Source of the DNA: an uncultured Chloroflexia bacterium | GTDB lineage: Bacteria > Chloroflexota > Limnocylindria > Limnocylindrales > CSP1-4 | Reading direction: 5' to 3' | Length of the DNA stretch: 64,000 bases | NCBI GenBank assembly: GCA_963819655.1 | Contig: CAWFXA010000002.1 | Span: 1,184,001-1,248,000, forward strand | In this document: piece by piece, positions 38,861 through 48,685 of the stretch | Position numbering within the stretch: the first letter of the stretch is position 1 | Layout of the letters: the number at the start of each line of letters is the position of its first letter | Made by a program: the position numbers and the translations under genes | The notes under the pieces: model-generated | Databases searched by the model: none | Seen by the model: only the letters and a program-made list of their open reading frames with translations | What the model was told of the DNA's origin: nothing

Positions 38861-39985
38861 ATGCGGATCGCCGACTTCGCGCTCGAGCGCTATTTCGCTC
38901 GCTGGGAGTTCGCCGTGGAGCACCTGCTCTGCGCGTCCGACCTGCAGGGCTACCCGATGGCCGAGCTAATCGCCCTGGCTGATCCCGAGACGCGTGCGAT
39001 GTGGGATGGGCTGACTCTGGGCTACACCGAATCGACCGGTCATCCGCTCCTGCGCCGCGAGATCGCGGCGCTCTACGACGGGATCGACCCCGACGACGTC
39101 CTCGTGTTCGCCGGGGCGGAGGAAGGGATCTTCTGCCTGGCGAATGTGGCCCTCGGTCCCGGCGACCACGCGATCGTGACCTGGCCCGGGTACCAGAGCC
39201 TGTACGAGGTCGCGCGCGCGACCGGTGCGGACGTCACTCTCCACGAGCTTCGCGAGGACGCCGGCTGGGCGATCGACATCGACCTGCTTCGACGCCAGCT
39301 CACGACGGCGACGCGGCTTATCGTCGTCAATGCCCCGCACAACCCGACCGGGATGCTGCCCGATCGCGCGACGTTCGACGCCGTCGTTGCGCTTGCCGAG
39401 GAGAGCGGCGCCCACCTTCTCCTCGACGAGGTCTACCGCTTCCTGGAGTTCGATGCGGCGGATCGCCTGCCGGCCGGTGCCGACGCGACGGCGCGCGGGA
39501 TCTCGCTCGGCGTCATGTCGAAGTCGTTCGCGATGGCCGGCCTGCGGATCGGGTGGCTGGCGACACGCGATCGCGACCTGCTGGCCAGGTGCGCCAGATT
39601 CAAGGACTACACGACGATCTGCTCCGCGGCGCCGTCCGAGGTGCTGGCTCTCATCGGTCTGCGTGCTCGTGACGCGGTCCTTGCCCGGTCGCGCGAGATC
39701 GTCGGCGCGAACCTCGAACGTCTCGATGCGTTCTTCGACGATTGGGCGGACCGTTTCACGTGGATCCGCCCGCGGGCCGGGTCGGTCGGCTTCCCGCGGC
39801 TGACCGTTCCCGGTGTCACGATCGACGAGTGGGCGGCGAGCCTGATCGAGGCCGAGGGCGTCCTCCTACTACCCGGATCCCAGTTCGGCTACGGCGGCAA
39901 TCATTTCCGGCTTGGGTTCGGACGGACCGATCTGCCCGCCGCTTTGGACCGTCTGGAGGCGCACGCACGCCGCACTCTTCGCTGA
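38861..39985 (+). CDS. PLP-dependent aminotransferase class I/II
   Basis: FALERYF, LGYTESTG, NAPHNPTG, DEVYR, MSKSFAMAGLRIGW, FRLGFG. Confidence 0.9.
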   Translation: MRIADFALERYFARWEFAVEHLLCASDLQGYPMAELIALADPETRAMWDGLTLGYTESTGHPLLRREIAALYDGIDPDDVLVFAGAEEGIFCLANVALGPGDHAIVTWPGYQSLYEVARATGADVTLHELREDAGWAIDIDLLRRQLTTATRLIVVNAPHNPTGMLPDRATFDAVVALAEESGAHLLLDEVYRFLEFDAADRLPAGADATARGISLGVMSKSFAMAGLRIGWLATRDRDLLARCARFKDYTTICSAAPSEVLALIGLRARDAVLARSREIVGANLERLDAFFDDWADRFTWIRPRAGSVGFPRLTVPGVTIDEWAASLIEAEGVLLLPGSQFGYGGNHFRLGFGRTDLPAALDRLEAHARRTLR

Positions 39986-40245
39986 TCGCGGGCGGCCGAC
40001 GACCGGTGCCGACCGCCCCGTGCCGCTCCGGACGGCCCCACGACCGGTACCTTCGGCCCTCCCCGGATCTGGGACGTGCGTCGACGCACCGGTGCACCGC
40101 CGCACGGTCCTACACGAAGGGTCCTACGCCGGGTACCAGTTTCTCCCTTAGCCGATCGTCGTCCACCACCTAGCGTTCGGAGTCCATCGGGGGATGGGCC
40201 TCGCGTCCCTGGACGCGGGGCCCATGGATCGAAAGGACAGCCGGG

Positions 40246-41714
40246 GTGGTCCGAACGAGGCGACATCAGCGTGCCGATCGACTCGCTGCCGCGTGGCTGG
40301 TGGCGCTTCTGTCGATCGCGGTCGCGCCCGCCGCGCCGTTCGCGTCACAGGTTGCCGTCGCGGCGTCGGCAACGACCGTCGACGTCTCGCCGGAGCACGG
40401 CGCAGGCCCCACGGGCGGGGTGGTCGTCCTCACCGCGAGGGTCTACGACGAGAACGGCGACCTCTATGCGGGAACCGGCACTTCCACGCACGTGCGGTTC
40501 TTCTTTCACCCGAGCAGCCCCAACGACCTCGATAGCCCCGGGAACAGCTCCGATCTAGACTGCGCGACCGGCGACGACGGGATGTGTACGGTCTCGTACA
40601 CGGCGGCGGTCGTCGGGACCGACATCATCTGTGCGCTGATCGGCGGTCCGAGCTCGCAATGCGACGACGAGGGCGTCGGAGATCCCGAGCGCAACGATCG
40701 CGTGGACGCGGTCGAGCACGTCAACCCTGGAACGCCCAGCCCGACACCGACCCCCACCCCGACCCCCACCCCGACGCCCAGCCCGACACCGACGCCCAGC
40801 CCGACACCGACCCCCACCCCGACCCCCACCCCGACGCCCAGCCCGACACCGACGCCCAGCCCGACGCCGACCCCGACCCCCACGCCGACGCCGACCCCCA
40901 CGCCGACGCCCAGCCCGACGCCCAGCCCCACCCCGACGCCCAGCCCGACGCCGACGCCCAGCCCGACGCCGACGCCCAGCCCGACGCCGACCCCGACCCC
41001 CACGCCGACGCCGACCCCGACGCCGACGCCCAGCCCGACGCCGACCCCGACCCCCACCCCGACGCCCAACCCGACGCCGACGCCCAGCCCGACGCCGACC
41101 CCGACCCCGACGCCCACGCCCGACGCCCGACGCCGACCCCCACGCCGACGCCGACCCCCACCCCGACCGCCACGCCGACGCCGACCGCCACGCCGACGCC
41201 GACGCCCAGCCCGACCCTGACCCCCGCCCCGACCCCGACGCCTGAGGCGTCGCCCGATACGGATCCGACCCCGTCGGCGACACCTTCACCGACGATGGAA
41301 CCGACGCCGTCGCCGGCGACGACCGGGCCGATCCCGTCGATGACGCCCGACAACCCCGGGCCTGGTGGGCCTGGCGGATCCGGCGGTGAGACGACACCCG
41401 TCGGCTCAGGCAGTCAGGCCACACCTGGTCCGGCGCCCACCACGCCGCCTGCGATGAGTCCGCTCGCGGCCTTGCCCGAGGCAGGCATGTTCGTCCAGGG
41501 GATCGTCGAAGGCGTTCGCGAGCGAGTCGCGGCGACCGTCCGACCGCAGGCCATCGTGGCGGTCGCTGAAGCGTTCAGCTTCCCGCTCGTCCTGATGGTC
41601 GTGGTCCTGGTATTCCTGATCGGTCAGTGGCGGATGGACGATCCGAAATTCCGACTGGCGCCACTGAGCCGGGCCGACACAACGATCGTGTTCGAGGAAG
41701 AGGGGGCGATCTGA
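40246..41714 (+). CDS. Surface protein: signal peptide, Ig-like domain, long Pro-Thr stalk, C-terminal TM; frameshift at about 41120-41128
   Basis: Frame of ORF 40246 encodes N-domain plus PT repeats; frame of ORF 40584 continues PT repeats to [21 protein letters not shown]; stop overlaps next ATG. Confidence 0.75.
40732..41320 (+). repeat. Coding minisatellite of 6-bp units (CCGACG/CCCACC/CCCAGC) encoding (PT/PS)n
   Basis: Read directly; higher-order 60-bp duplication (40741-40800 = 40801-40860). Confidence 0.95.
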
Positions 41715-44182
41715 TGCACGCAGCGGTCCGCCACGATTACACGCCGCTCAGCGACCGGATGAATGCCCTCCTGGGGCTGCGCGTCGTGATGGCCGGGTTC
41801 GTCCTTGTGTGGGCGTGGGTCCGCCCCGATGTCAGCGCTGTCCCGCTCGATGCGGTCGCGGCGCTCAGCTTCGGCTACGTGGCCGCGAGTCTCGTCCTCG
41901 AGGCAAGCCGGCGCCGCTCTGGTCGGCGCGGGCTGTCAGTCATCACAGGGCTGCTGCTCGCGGATGGCGTCTACCTGATCGGTGCCATGTACCTGACAGG
42001 TGGGATGGGCAGTCCGATCCGCTTCCTTGTCTATCTGCACCTCGTCGCCGTGTCCCTCCTGGCCTCGTACCGAACCGGCCTGAAGCTGGCGTTCTGGGAC
42101 TCATTGCTGCTCCTCGTCGTCCTCTACGCTCAGGCGGCGCAGCTGATGCCGGCGGTCGATGTCGCGCCCGGCCAGGCCATCGAGTTCGAGCAGATGCCGA
42201 TCGCCAACCTCATCTCGTTCTGGCTGTTCGCTCTCGCGACGTCCGTGTTCTCGGCGATGAACGAGCGCGAGCTTCGCCAGCGTCGCGCCGACCTGCAGGC
42301 GCTGGTCGACGTCGGCGCTCGCCTCGACGACGTGACCGACCCTGTCCGTCAGTCGAACCTTGTGCTCGCGGGCCTCGTCGATCGGTTCGCCTTCCCGCGC
42401 GGCGTCGTGCTCGGATCGGTCGACGATCGGATGGTCATCCTCGCCTCCAGCGGGGTCGATGCGCCGCCCACGGCAACGGCCGTTCCGGACGCGATCGTCG
42501 CTCGTGCGTTGTCGGGTCGGAAAACCATCGCCGTGCGGTCCATGGACCCGGCGCTCGATCCGTTTCTGACCTCCGTCATGCCGGATGCGGTGAACCTCCT
42601 GGTCGCGCCGATGGTGGCCGATGGCCGGGCCGTCGGCGCGATCGTCGTGGAACATCCGTCGCGCGTCCTTCGGCGCGTCGACCGACGCGTCACCACCGTG
42701 CTCGAGCAGATGTGCGCGATGGCCGCCCTCAACCTGCGCAATGCCGTCCTGCTGCGACACGTCCAGGACCTCGCCGAGCGCGACGCCCTGACCGGAGCCG
42801 CTAACCGCCGCACCTTCCAGATGCACCTCGAGAACGTCCTCGACGGTCCCGAGCTCCGAGACCGGGAGTCGATCACGGCGGTCCTGTTCATCGACCTCGA
42901 CGACTTCAAGGTCGTCAACGACACGTTGGGTCACGCGGCCGGCGACGGGCTGTTGCAGGCTGTGACCGAACGGCTCACGGACTCGGTGAGGGACGGCGAC
43001 CTCGTCGCGCGCCTCGGTGGTGATGAGTTCGCGATCCTCACAAGTGACGCGCCGGACCTGAAGCGCTCCCTTGCGATGGCCGAGCGGCTCACCCGTGAAC
43101 TCCGGGCGCCGTACATGATCGGCGAGAAGACTGTCACGATTTCGGCCAGCATCGGCATCGCGAGCGCTCGCGACACGACTGAGAGTGCCGCCGACGTCGT
43201 CCGGAACGCCGATGTCGCGATGTACATGGCCAAGGCCAACGGCAAGGCCGGCTTCGCGGTCTTCGACCCGGGCATGCACGCCGCGATCCGCGAGCGCCAC
43301 GAGATGGGTGTCCAGCTCCAGCACGCCGTCGAGCTCGGCCAGCTGCGACTCGCCTATCAGCCGATCGTCGATCTCGCCGACGGCAACCTGGTCGGCATCG
43401 AGGCGCTCGTCCGCTGGCAGCACCCCGAACGTGGCGTGGTCTCGCCGGGCGAGTTTATCGAGATCGCGGAGGAGAACGGTGCGATCCTGCCGATCGGCCG
43501 CTGGATCCTGCGGGAAGCCTGCCGCGAGGCGATGTCCTGGCCGAACATGGATCGGTCGGCATTCCTGTGCGTGAACGTGTCCGCTCGCGAGATCCAGCAA
43601 CCGGGCTTCGTCACCGCCGTCCGCGAGGCGCTCGGCGAGGCGGGGATGGCCGCCTCGCGGCTCAGCCTCGAGATCACCGAGACCGCCCTGCTGCGGGCCA
43701 CGCCAAAGACGATCGCGACGCTCGAGTCACTGCGCCAGCTCGGCGTCCACATCGTCATCGACGATTTCGGGACTGGCTACTTCTCGTTGAGCCACCTCCG
43801 CCAATTCCCGGTCGACGTCCTCAAGATCGCCAGTGAGTTCGTGCAGGTCCCCGCCAGCGATGCCAAGACGGCCGCCCTCGCTGGAGCCATCGTGGCGATG
43901 GGTCGCTCACTCGACATCCGGACCGTCGCCGAGGGGATCGAGACCGCCGAGCAAGCCGAGCGGATGCGGGCTCTGGGCTGCGCATACGGGCAGGGCTTCC
44001 ACTTCGCCCAGCCGATCTCGGGCAGCGAGGTGGCCGCCGGCGCCTTTGACGCACTGATGGACGCCGATCGACTAGCGACTGACACGATCGCCGAGGCGCC
44101 GCCGGCTCCCATGTTCCGCTCCCCGTTCGGCGGTTTCAGCCGTCGCCGGGCCGCCGCCCCCACCGACGCGATCTCCGCCTGA
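41714..44182 (+). CDS. Membrane GAF-GGDEF-EAL diguanylate cyclase/phosphodiesterase
   Basis: N-terminal TM bundle; DALTGAANR, DLDDFKVVNDTLGH, RLGGDEF, EALVRW, DDFGTGYFSL, AEGIET, QGF. Confidence 0.93.
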   Translation: MHAAVRHDYTPLSDRMNALLGLRVVMAGFVLVWAWVRPDVSAVPLDAVAALSFGYVAASLVLEASRRRSGRRGLSVITGLLLADGVYLIGAMYLTGGMGSPIRFLVYLHLVAVSLLASYRTGLKLAFWDSLLLLVVLYAQAAQLMPAVDVAPGQAIEFEQMPIANLISFWLFALATSVFSAMNERELRQRRADLQALVDVGARLDDVTDPVRQSNLVLAGLVDRFAFPRGVVLGSVDDRMVILASSGVDAPPTATAVPDAIVARALSGRKTIAVRSMDPALDPFLTSVMPDAVNLLVAPMVADGRAVGAIVVEHPSRVLRRVDRRVTTVLEQMCAMAALNLRNAVLLRHVQDLAERDALTGAANRRTFQMHLENVLDGPELRDRESITAVLFIDLDDFKVVNDTLGHAAGDGLLQAVTERLTDSVRDGDLVARLGGDEFAILTSDAPDLKRSLAMAERLTRELRAPYMIGEKTVTISASIGIASARDTTESAADVVRNADVAMYMAKANGKAGFAVFDPGMHAAIRERHEMGVQLQHAVELGQLRLAYQPIVDLADGNLVGIEALVRWQHPERGVVSPGEFIEIAEENGAILPIGRWILREACREAMSWPNMDRSAFLCVNVSAREIQQPGFVTAVREALGEAGMAASRLSLEITETALLRATPKTIATLESLRQLGVHIVIDDFGTGYFSLSHLRQFPVDVLKIASEFVQVPASDAKTAALAGAIVAMGRSLDIRTVAEGIETAEQAERMRALGCAYGQGFHFAQPISGSEVAAGAFDALMDADRLATDTIAEAPPAPMFRSPFGGFSRRRAAAPTDAISA

Positions 44183-44238
44183 CCCCATCGCGGGCGGGCG
44201 CCCGTCAATGACCGGGATGGATATCCGTCGCACTCGAG

Positions 44239-44742
44239 TCAGCGACCCTTGTCGCCGCCGAGATTCCCGCCGAGGCCGCTAAGCAGGTCGTCCAGAGTGC
44301 CCGTGCCGGGCCCGCCGGCCGTGCCGCCCATGAGGCCGCCGAGCAGGCCGCCAAGGTCGCCGAGTCCGCCGCTGCCCAGGGCGCTATCCAGACCGCCGTC
44401 TGGGGTCTGGCCGTTGGGGGTGAGCATGTTGATGAGCTGCGGCAGGAATGCGGCGAGCAGCGGGAGGAGCGCCTGGATGTCGAGGCCGGTGCCGTTCGAC
44501 AGTCGCTGGACGGTCTCGGGCCCGAGCGCGTCGCCCAACCGTTGCGGATCGACTGGTCGGTTCTCGCCTGTGGACACCCACGAGTCGACCTCGTCGTCGA
44601 GACCGCCCTCCCGCAGCCGAACGACCAACCCGTCGAGGCCGCCGGTGTCGTCGATCGCGCCGGCAAGGTCGCCCATCGTGGCGCCGACATCGGCACCGCC
44701 GGTCGGGCCGAGCCCACGGCTCAGGTTGGAGAGATCGTCCAT
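44239..44742 (-). CDS. YidB/DUF937 family protein
   Basis: GGLDGLV..L..GGL...VDSWVSTGEN.PV....L...LG...LP..I..LTPNG. Confidence 0.85.
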   Translation of the reverse strand: MDDLSNLSRGLGPTGGADVGATMGDLAGAIDDTGGLDGLVVRLREGGLDDEVDSWVSTGENRPVDPQRLGDALGPETVQRLSNGTGLDIQALLPLLAAFLPQLINMLTPNGQTPDGGLDSALGSGGLGDLGGLLGGLMGGTAGGPGTGTLDDLLSGLGGNLGGDKGR

Positions 44743-44873
44743 GAGGGCCTCCGTCACGTCGCGTGTCGCCTGGGACGGGGAAGATGGTACCCGCGCCCCT
44801 GCCATCGGGACGTTGCTGTCGGCGATGCCGACCCGACGCGCGCATGCCGGATGGATCGTGCCCGGACCCCCGA

Positions 44874-45953
44874 TCAGCCCCGCTTTCGGCGCCGCTGCGG
44901 CTTGGCGACGGGCTTGGCGTCTTGCTTCGCGACGCCGGTCGAGTCCCGCTTCGCGCCCTTCTTCGGCAGGTCCCACGACCAGGTCTTGAGGCGGCGCAGC
45001 AGGCGACGGCCGGTGAGGTCGAGGTGGATCGGCGTGACCGCGATCCGCCGATTGACCACGGCATGGAAGTCCGTGCCCGGGACCGCGAGGCCGGACGGCG
45101 GCGGGCCACCGATCCAGAAGTACGGGATGCCACGCGGGTCGAGTCGCTCGACGAGCTGGTCGGAATAGACCCGCCGACCGAGTCGTGTGACCTCGATGCC
45201 CTCGCATTCCTCGAGCGTGACGGCCGGAACGTTGACATTGATGAGTTCGCCGCGCGACAGACCCTCGGTCAGGATGTTGCGGGCGACGATCGTCGCCGCG
45301 TACCCGGCCAGCGCGAAATCGGGGTGCTCGTAGTACTCCTGCGAGATCGCGAAGGCCGGGCAGCTGTTGATGACCGCCTCCATCGCCGCGCTGACCGTTC
45401 CCGAATACGTGATGTCGTCGCCGAGATTGGCGCCGTAGTTGATGCCGGCGGCGACAAGATCGAAGCCGTGACCGAAGTAGCCGAGGAAGGCCAGGCTGAC
45501 CGCGTCGGTCGGAGAGCCGTCGACCGAATACGCGGTCGAGCCGTCGGCCAGCACGCGCTCCCGCACGCGCAGCGGCCGCATCAACGTCTTCTGGTGGCCG
45601 ACCGCACTCTGATTGGTGTCGGGTGCGACGACCGTGACCTCGCCCATCGGCTCGAGCGCCTGCTTGAGCGCGAGCAGGCCGCGTGATTCGACGCCGTCGT
45701 CGTTCGTGACAAGGATCCGCGGCTTGCTCGTCCACTCGGGGACGGGCCGGCTCGGAGTCCGGAGGGCACGCGGTCCGCCGCGCGCCGCGCCACCGGCCAG
45801 GGGCTCGCCACGCTCCTTGTCGAGGTCGCGCCGTTCCGTTCGCGCCCGCTCGCGGGTCATGTCGGGGACCTCGTCGCGGATCGCCTTCGTCTCGCGCGCG
45901 GTCGAGACGTCGTCCGGTGGCGTGTCGTCGTCCGATGGCGTGTCGTCGGTCAT
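44874..45953 (-). CDS. surE: 5'/3'-nucleotidase SurE with N- and C-terminal extensions
   Basis: ILVTNDDG, VAPDTNQSAVG, GSPTDAV, GINYGANLG....YSGTVSAA, NVNVP, VTPIHLDLT. Confidence 0.93.
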   Translation of the reverse strand: MTDDTPSDDDTPPDDVSTARETKAIRDEVPDMTRERARTERRDLDKERGEPLAGGAARGGPRALRTPSRPVPEWTSKPRILVTNDDGVESRGLLALKQALEPMGEVTVVAPDTNQSAVGHQKTLMRPLRVRERVLADGSTAYSVDGSPTDAVSLAFLGYFGHGFDLVAAGINYGANLGDDITYSGTVSAAMEAVINSCPAFAISQEYYEHPDFALAGYAATIVARNILTEGLSRGELINVNVPAVTLEECEGIEVTRLGRRVYSDQLVERLDPRGIPYFWIGGPPPSGLAVPGTDFHAVVNRRIAVTPIHLDLTGRRLLRRLKTWSWDLPKKGAKRDSTGVAKQDAKPVAKPQRRRKRG

Positions 45954-47140
45954 GGATCTGGGACGTCGACAGCCTGGCCCGGTGTCGGCTCGCGTGGGAC
46001 GGTGACCGGCCGGCCCTCCCGCTCGCTCAGCCTCTTCGCCGCTCGCCCGGCCACGCTCCGATCGCCCGCGGTCAGGTGCAGGAAGTGGAAGAAGAACGAC
46101 GATACGACCGCCGCGATCGGGATGCCGAAGATGGCGCCCGGAATGCCCGCGATCCTCGAGCCGATGATCACCGATCCGAGCACGACGATCGGGTGGATGC
46201 CGACCGAACCCTGCATGATCCGCGGCTGGATCACGTTCATGACGACCAGCCAGCCGGCTCCCATGATCGCGATGGTCGGCAGCAGGACGTCGGGCTTGGT
46301 GACAAGAGCGACCAGGACCGGCGGCGCCCACGCCAGGAACGGGCCGAAGAAGGGGATCGCCATCAGGACCCCGGCGCTCACTGATGACAGGGCGGTCAGC
46401 TCGAGTCCCAACGCGAGGTGGGTCAGCAGCGCGATCGCGAAATAGATGATGCCCATGAGCGCCTGGCCGCGCAGGAAGCCACCGAACGAGCGCGCCACCG
46501 AGGTCTGCAGCAGCCTCGCCTCTTCCGCATACGACGGTGGCACCAGCCGGAAGAGGAAGGCCATGATCTGGTCACGGTCGATGACCATGTAGATCGAGAG
46601 GATGAACACGATCAGCATCGTCCCGATCGCACCGACGCTCGCGACGGCGATCGCCTGGAGCGGGACGATCAGCTGGGCCGCGAACACATCGAGGTTGTCG
46701 AGGATCGCGAGAGCTTGCGTGGCCAGATCCACCTGGCCGAGGCCGATCGTGTCGAACCAGGCCTGCATCGGCGCCAGGATCGTGCCGATGTTCGCGCGGA
46801 TGTTCGGCAGCGACGCGACGAACTGGGTGATCGACGTCGACAGGGCCTGCGCCACGACGAGGATCAGGAAGACGAGCAGGATGACGATCGCGGTGTAGAC
46901 CAGGACGGTCGCCAGCACCCGCGGCAAGCGCGGGATGAGGTCGACGATGCGTGTGACGACCGGGCTGATGATGAACGCGAGCAGCCAGGCCAGGAAGAAG
47001 GCGAGCAGGGCGTCGCCGAAGTAGCCGATGGCAGACGCGGCCAGATTGACCGCCACGAAGAACAGCACGATCGTGCCGAGCACGAGGATCGCGCTGACGA
47101 GCCGACGCTCGCGACCTCCCGGTGCGATCGCGTCGAGCAT
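45950..47140 (-). CDS. AI-2E family transporter
   Basis: LAWLLAFIISPVV, FLRGQ, IPFFGP, IQPRIM..SVGIHP, GAIFGIP. Confidence 0.9.
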   Translation of the reverse strand: MLDAIAPGGRERRLVSAILVLGTIVLFFVAVNLAASAIGYFGDALLAFFLAWLLAFIISPVVTRIVDLIPRLPRVLATVLVYTAIVILLVFLILVVAQALSTSITQFVASLPNIRANIGTILAPMQAWFDTIGLGQVDLATQALAILDNLDVFAAQLIVPLQAIAVASVGAIGTMLIVFILSIYMVIDRDQIMAFLFRLVPPSYAEEARLLQTSVARSFGGFLRGQALMGIIYFAIALLTHLALGLELTALSSVSAGVLMAIPFFGPFLAWAPPVLVALVTKPDVLLPTIAIMGAGWLVVMNVIQPRIMQGSVGIHPIVVLGSVIIGSRIAGIPGAIFGIPIAAVVSSFFFHFLHLTAGDRSVAGRAAKRLSEREGRPVTVPREPTPGQAVDVPDP

Positions 47141-47145
47141 GCCGC

Positions 47146-48165
47146 CTACCGCAGACCCATCTTGTGACGGACCTCGTCCATCGTCGCCTCGGCGATGGGG
47201 CGGACCCGTTCGGCGCCCTCGTCGAGGATCGTCTCGATCCGGACGGGATCGGCCATCAGCTCTCGATAGCGTTCACGGGCCTCGGCATAGTGCGCGAGGA
47301 CCCGCTCGGCAAGCAGCTTTTTGGTGTCGACACAGCCAGTGCGCGCCGTCCGCTCGCCGTCCCAGATCTCCTCGTAGTCGTCGCCGAATGACCGATGGAG
47401 CTGGCACACGTTGCACACCTCGGGCCGGCCAGGATCGGTCCGCAGGATCCGCTTCGTGTCGGTGACCATGCTCATGATCTGCTTCCGGATGACGTCCTCG
47501 GGGGCGAAGATGTCGATCGTGTTGCCAAGCGACTTGCTCATCTTCCGCACACCGTCGGTGCCAAGGATGATCGGTGACGCCGTCAGCACGGCCTCCGGTT
47601 CCGGGAATGTGTCGCCGTAGGTGCGGTTGAAGGCACGGACGATCTCCCGGGACAGCTCGAGGTGTGCGACCTGGTCCTTGCCGACCGGCACCAGCGACGC
47701 CTTGTAGATGACGATGTCGGCCGCCTGCAGGACCGGGTACGTCAGCAACCCGTGGTTGACGTCATCGGGCTGGAACTGGCGCTTTTCCTTGTAGGTCGGC
47801 GTGCGCTCGAGCCAGCTGACCGGCGTGACGGTCATGAGCAGCCACGCGAGCTCGGTGTGCTCCGGCCGGTGGCTCTGGACGAACAACGTGCAGCGTTCCG
47901 GATCGAGCCCGAGCGCCAGCAGGCCGGCTGCCATCTCGCGCGTCTGACGCCGCAGCAGGTCGGGGTCGTGGAGGCTCGTCAGGGCGTGGTAGTCGACGAT
48001 GCAGTAGATCGCCTCGTACTCCCATTGGAGCTTCACGTAGTTCCGGATGGCGCCGAGATCGTTGCCGATGTGGGGGACCCCCGTGGGCTGGATCCCGGAG
48101 AAGATGCGGGGTCTCGGGGCGGCCTCAGCCACCGGCGACGGAGCGGGCAGGATCTCGGTCGTCAT
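47146..48165 (-). CDS. trpS: Tryptophan--tRNA ligase
   Basis: FSGIQPTG, HIGN, YPVLQAADI, VPVGKDQ, KMSKS. Confidence 0.96.
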   Translation of the reverse strand: MTTEILPAPSPVAEAAPRPRIFSGIQPTGVPHIGNDLGAIRNYVKLQWEYEAIYCIVDYHALTSLHDPDLLRRQTREMAAGLLALGLDPERCTLFVQSHRPEHTELAWLLMTVTPVSWLERTPTYKEKRQFQPDDVNHGLLTYPVLQAADIVIYKASLVPVGKDQVAHLELSREIVRAFNRTYGDTFPEPEAVLTASPIILGTDGVRKMSKSLGNTIDIFAPEDVIRKQIMSMVTDTKRILRTDPGRPEVCNVCQLHRSFGDDYEEIWDGERTARTGCVDTKKLLAERVLAHYAEARERYRELMADPVRIETILDEGAERVRPIAEATMDEVRHKMGLR

Positions 48166-48231
48166 CGTGCCGGAGTGTAATCGACGGGTCCTTGGCCGCC
48201 GATCATCGGTGGCGTCCGCCGTGGCCTGTCC

Positions 48232-48679
48232 TCAGCCCTCGCCGATGTCCTCGTTCCAGATCTCGGGATGGGTCGCGATGAACTCGTTCATCAGCGCGAC
48301 GCATTCGGCCGAGTCGAGGTTCACGACCTCGACGCCGCGCGAGCGCAGGTAGGTCCTCGCCGCCGACGAATGTCCGGTTCTCACCGATGACGACGCGCGG
48401 GATCCCGTACAGCAGGATCGCGCCGGTGCACATGTCGCACGGCGAGAGCGTCGTGTACATCGTCGCGCGCCGGTAGACCGAAGCCGGCAGCCGGCCGGCT
48501 TTCTCGAGCGCATCGGTCTCGCCGTGTCGGATGGCGCTGCCCTGCTGGACGCGCCGGTTGTGGCCCGCGCCGAGGACGCGGCCGTCGACGACGAGCGCGG
48601 CGCCGATCGGCACGCCGCCCTCGTCACGCCCGATCCGGGCCTGCTCGATGGCGACGGCGAGGAACTCCTGGTCGGTCAT
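48232..48679 (-). CDS. Zn-dependent nucleobase deaminase (cytosine deaminase/CDA fold); frameshift near 48355
   Basis: EGGVPIGA, HGE, SPCDMC; C-terminus ECVALMNEFIATHPEIWNEDIGE in another frame. Confidence 0.85.
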
Positions 48680-48685
48680 ATCGGT

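Noticed and set aside
40106-40127. GGTCCTAC direct repeat upstream of the PT-stalk gene; also looked for a c-di-GMP riboswitch here
   Set aside because: Two 8-mers are too little evidence, and I could not recognise a c-di-GMP-I or -II consensus.
40732-41320. Possible CRISPR array or non-coding satellite; also the (GV)n antisense ORF at 40506-41117
   Set aside because: No unique spacers. It is a 6-bp coding repeat for a Pro-Thr linker, and the GV ORF is its reverse complement.
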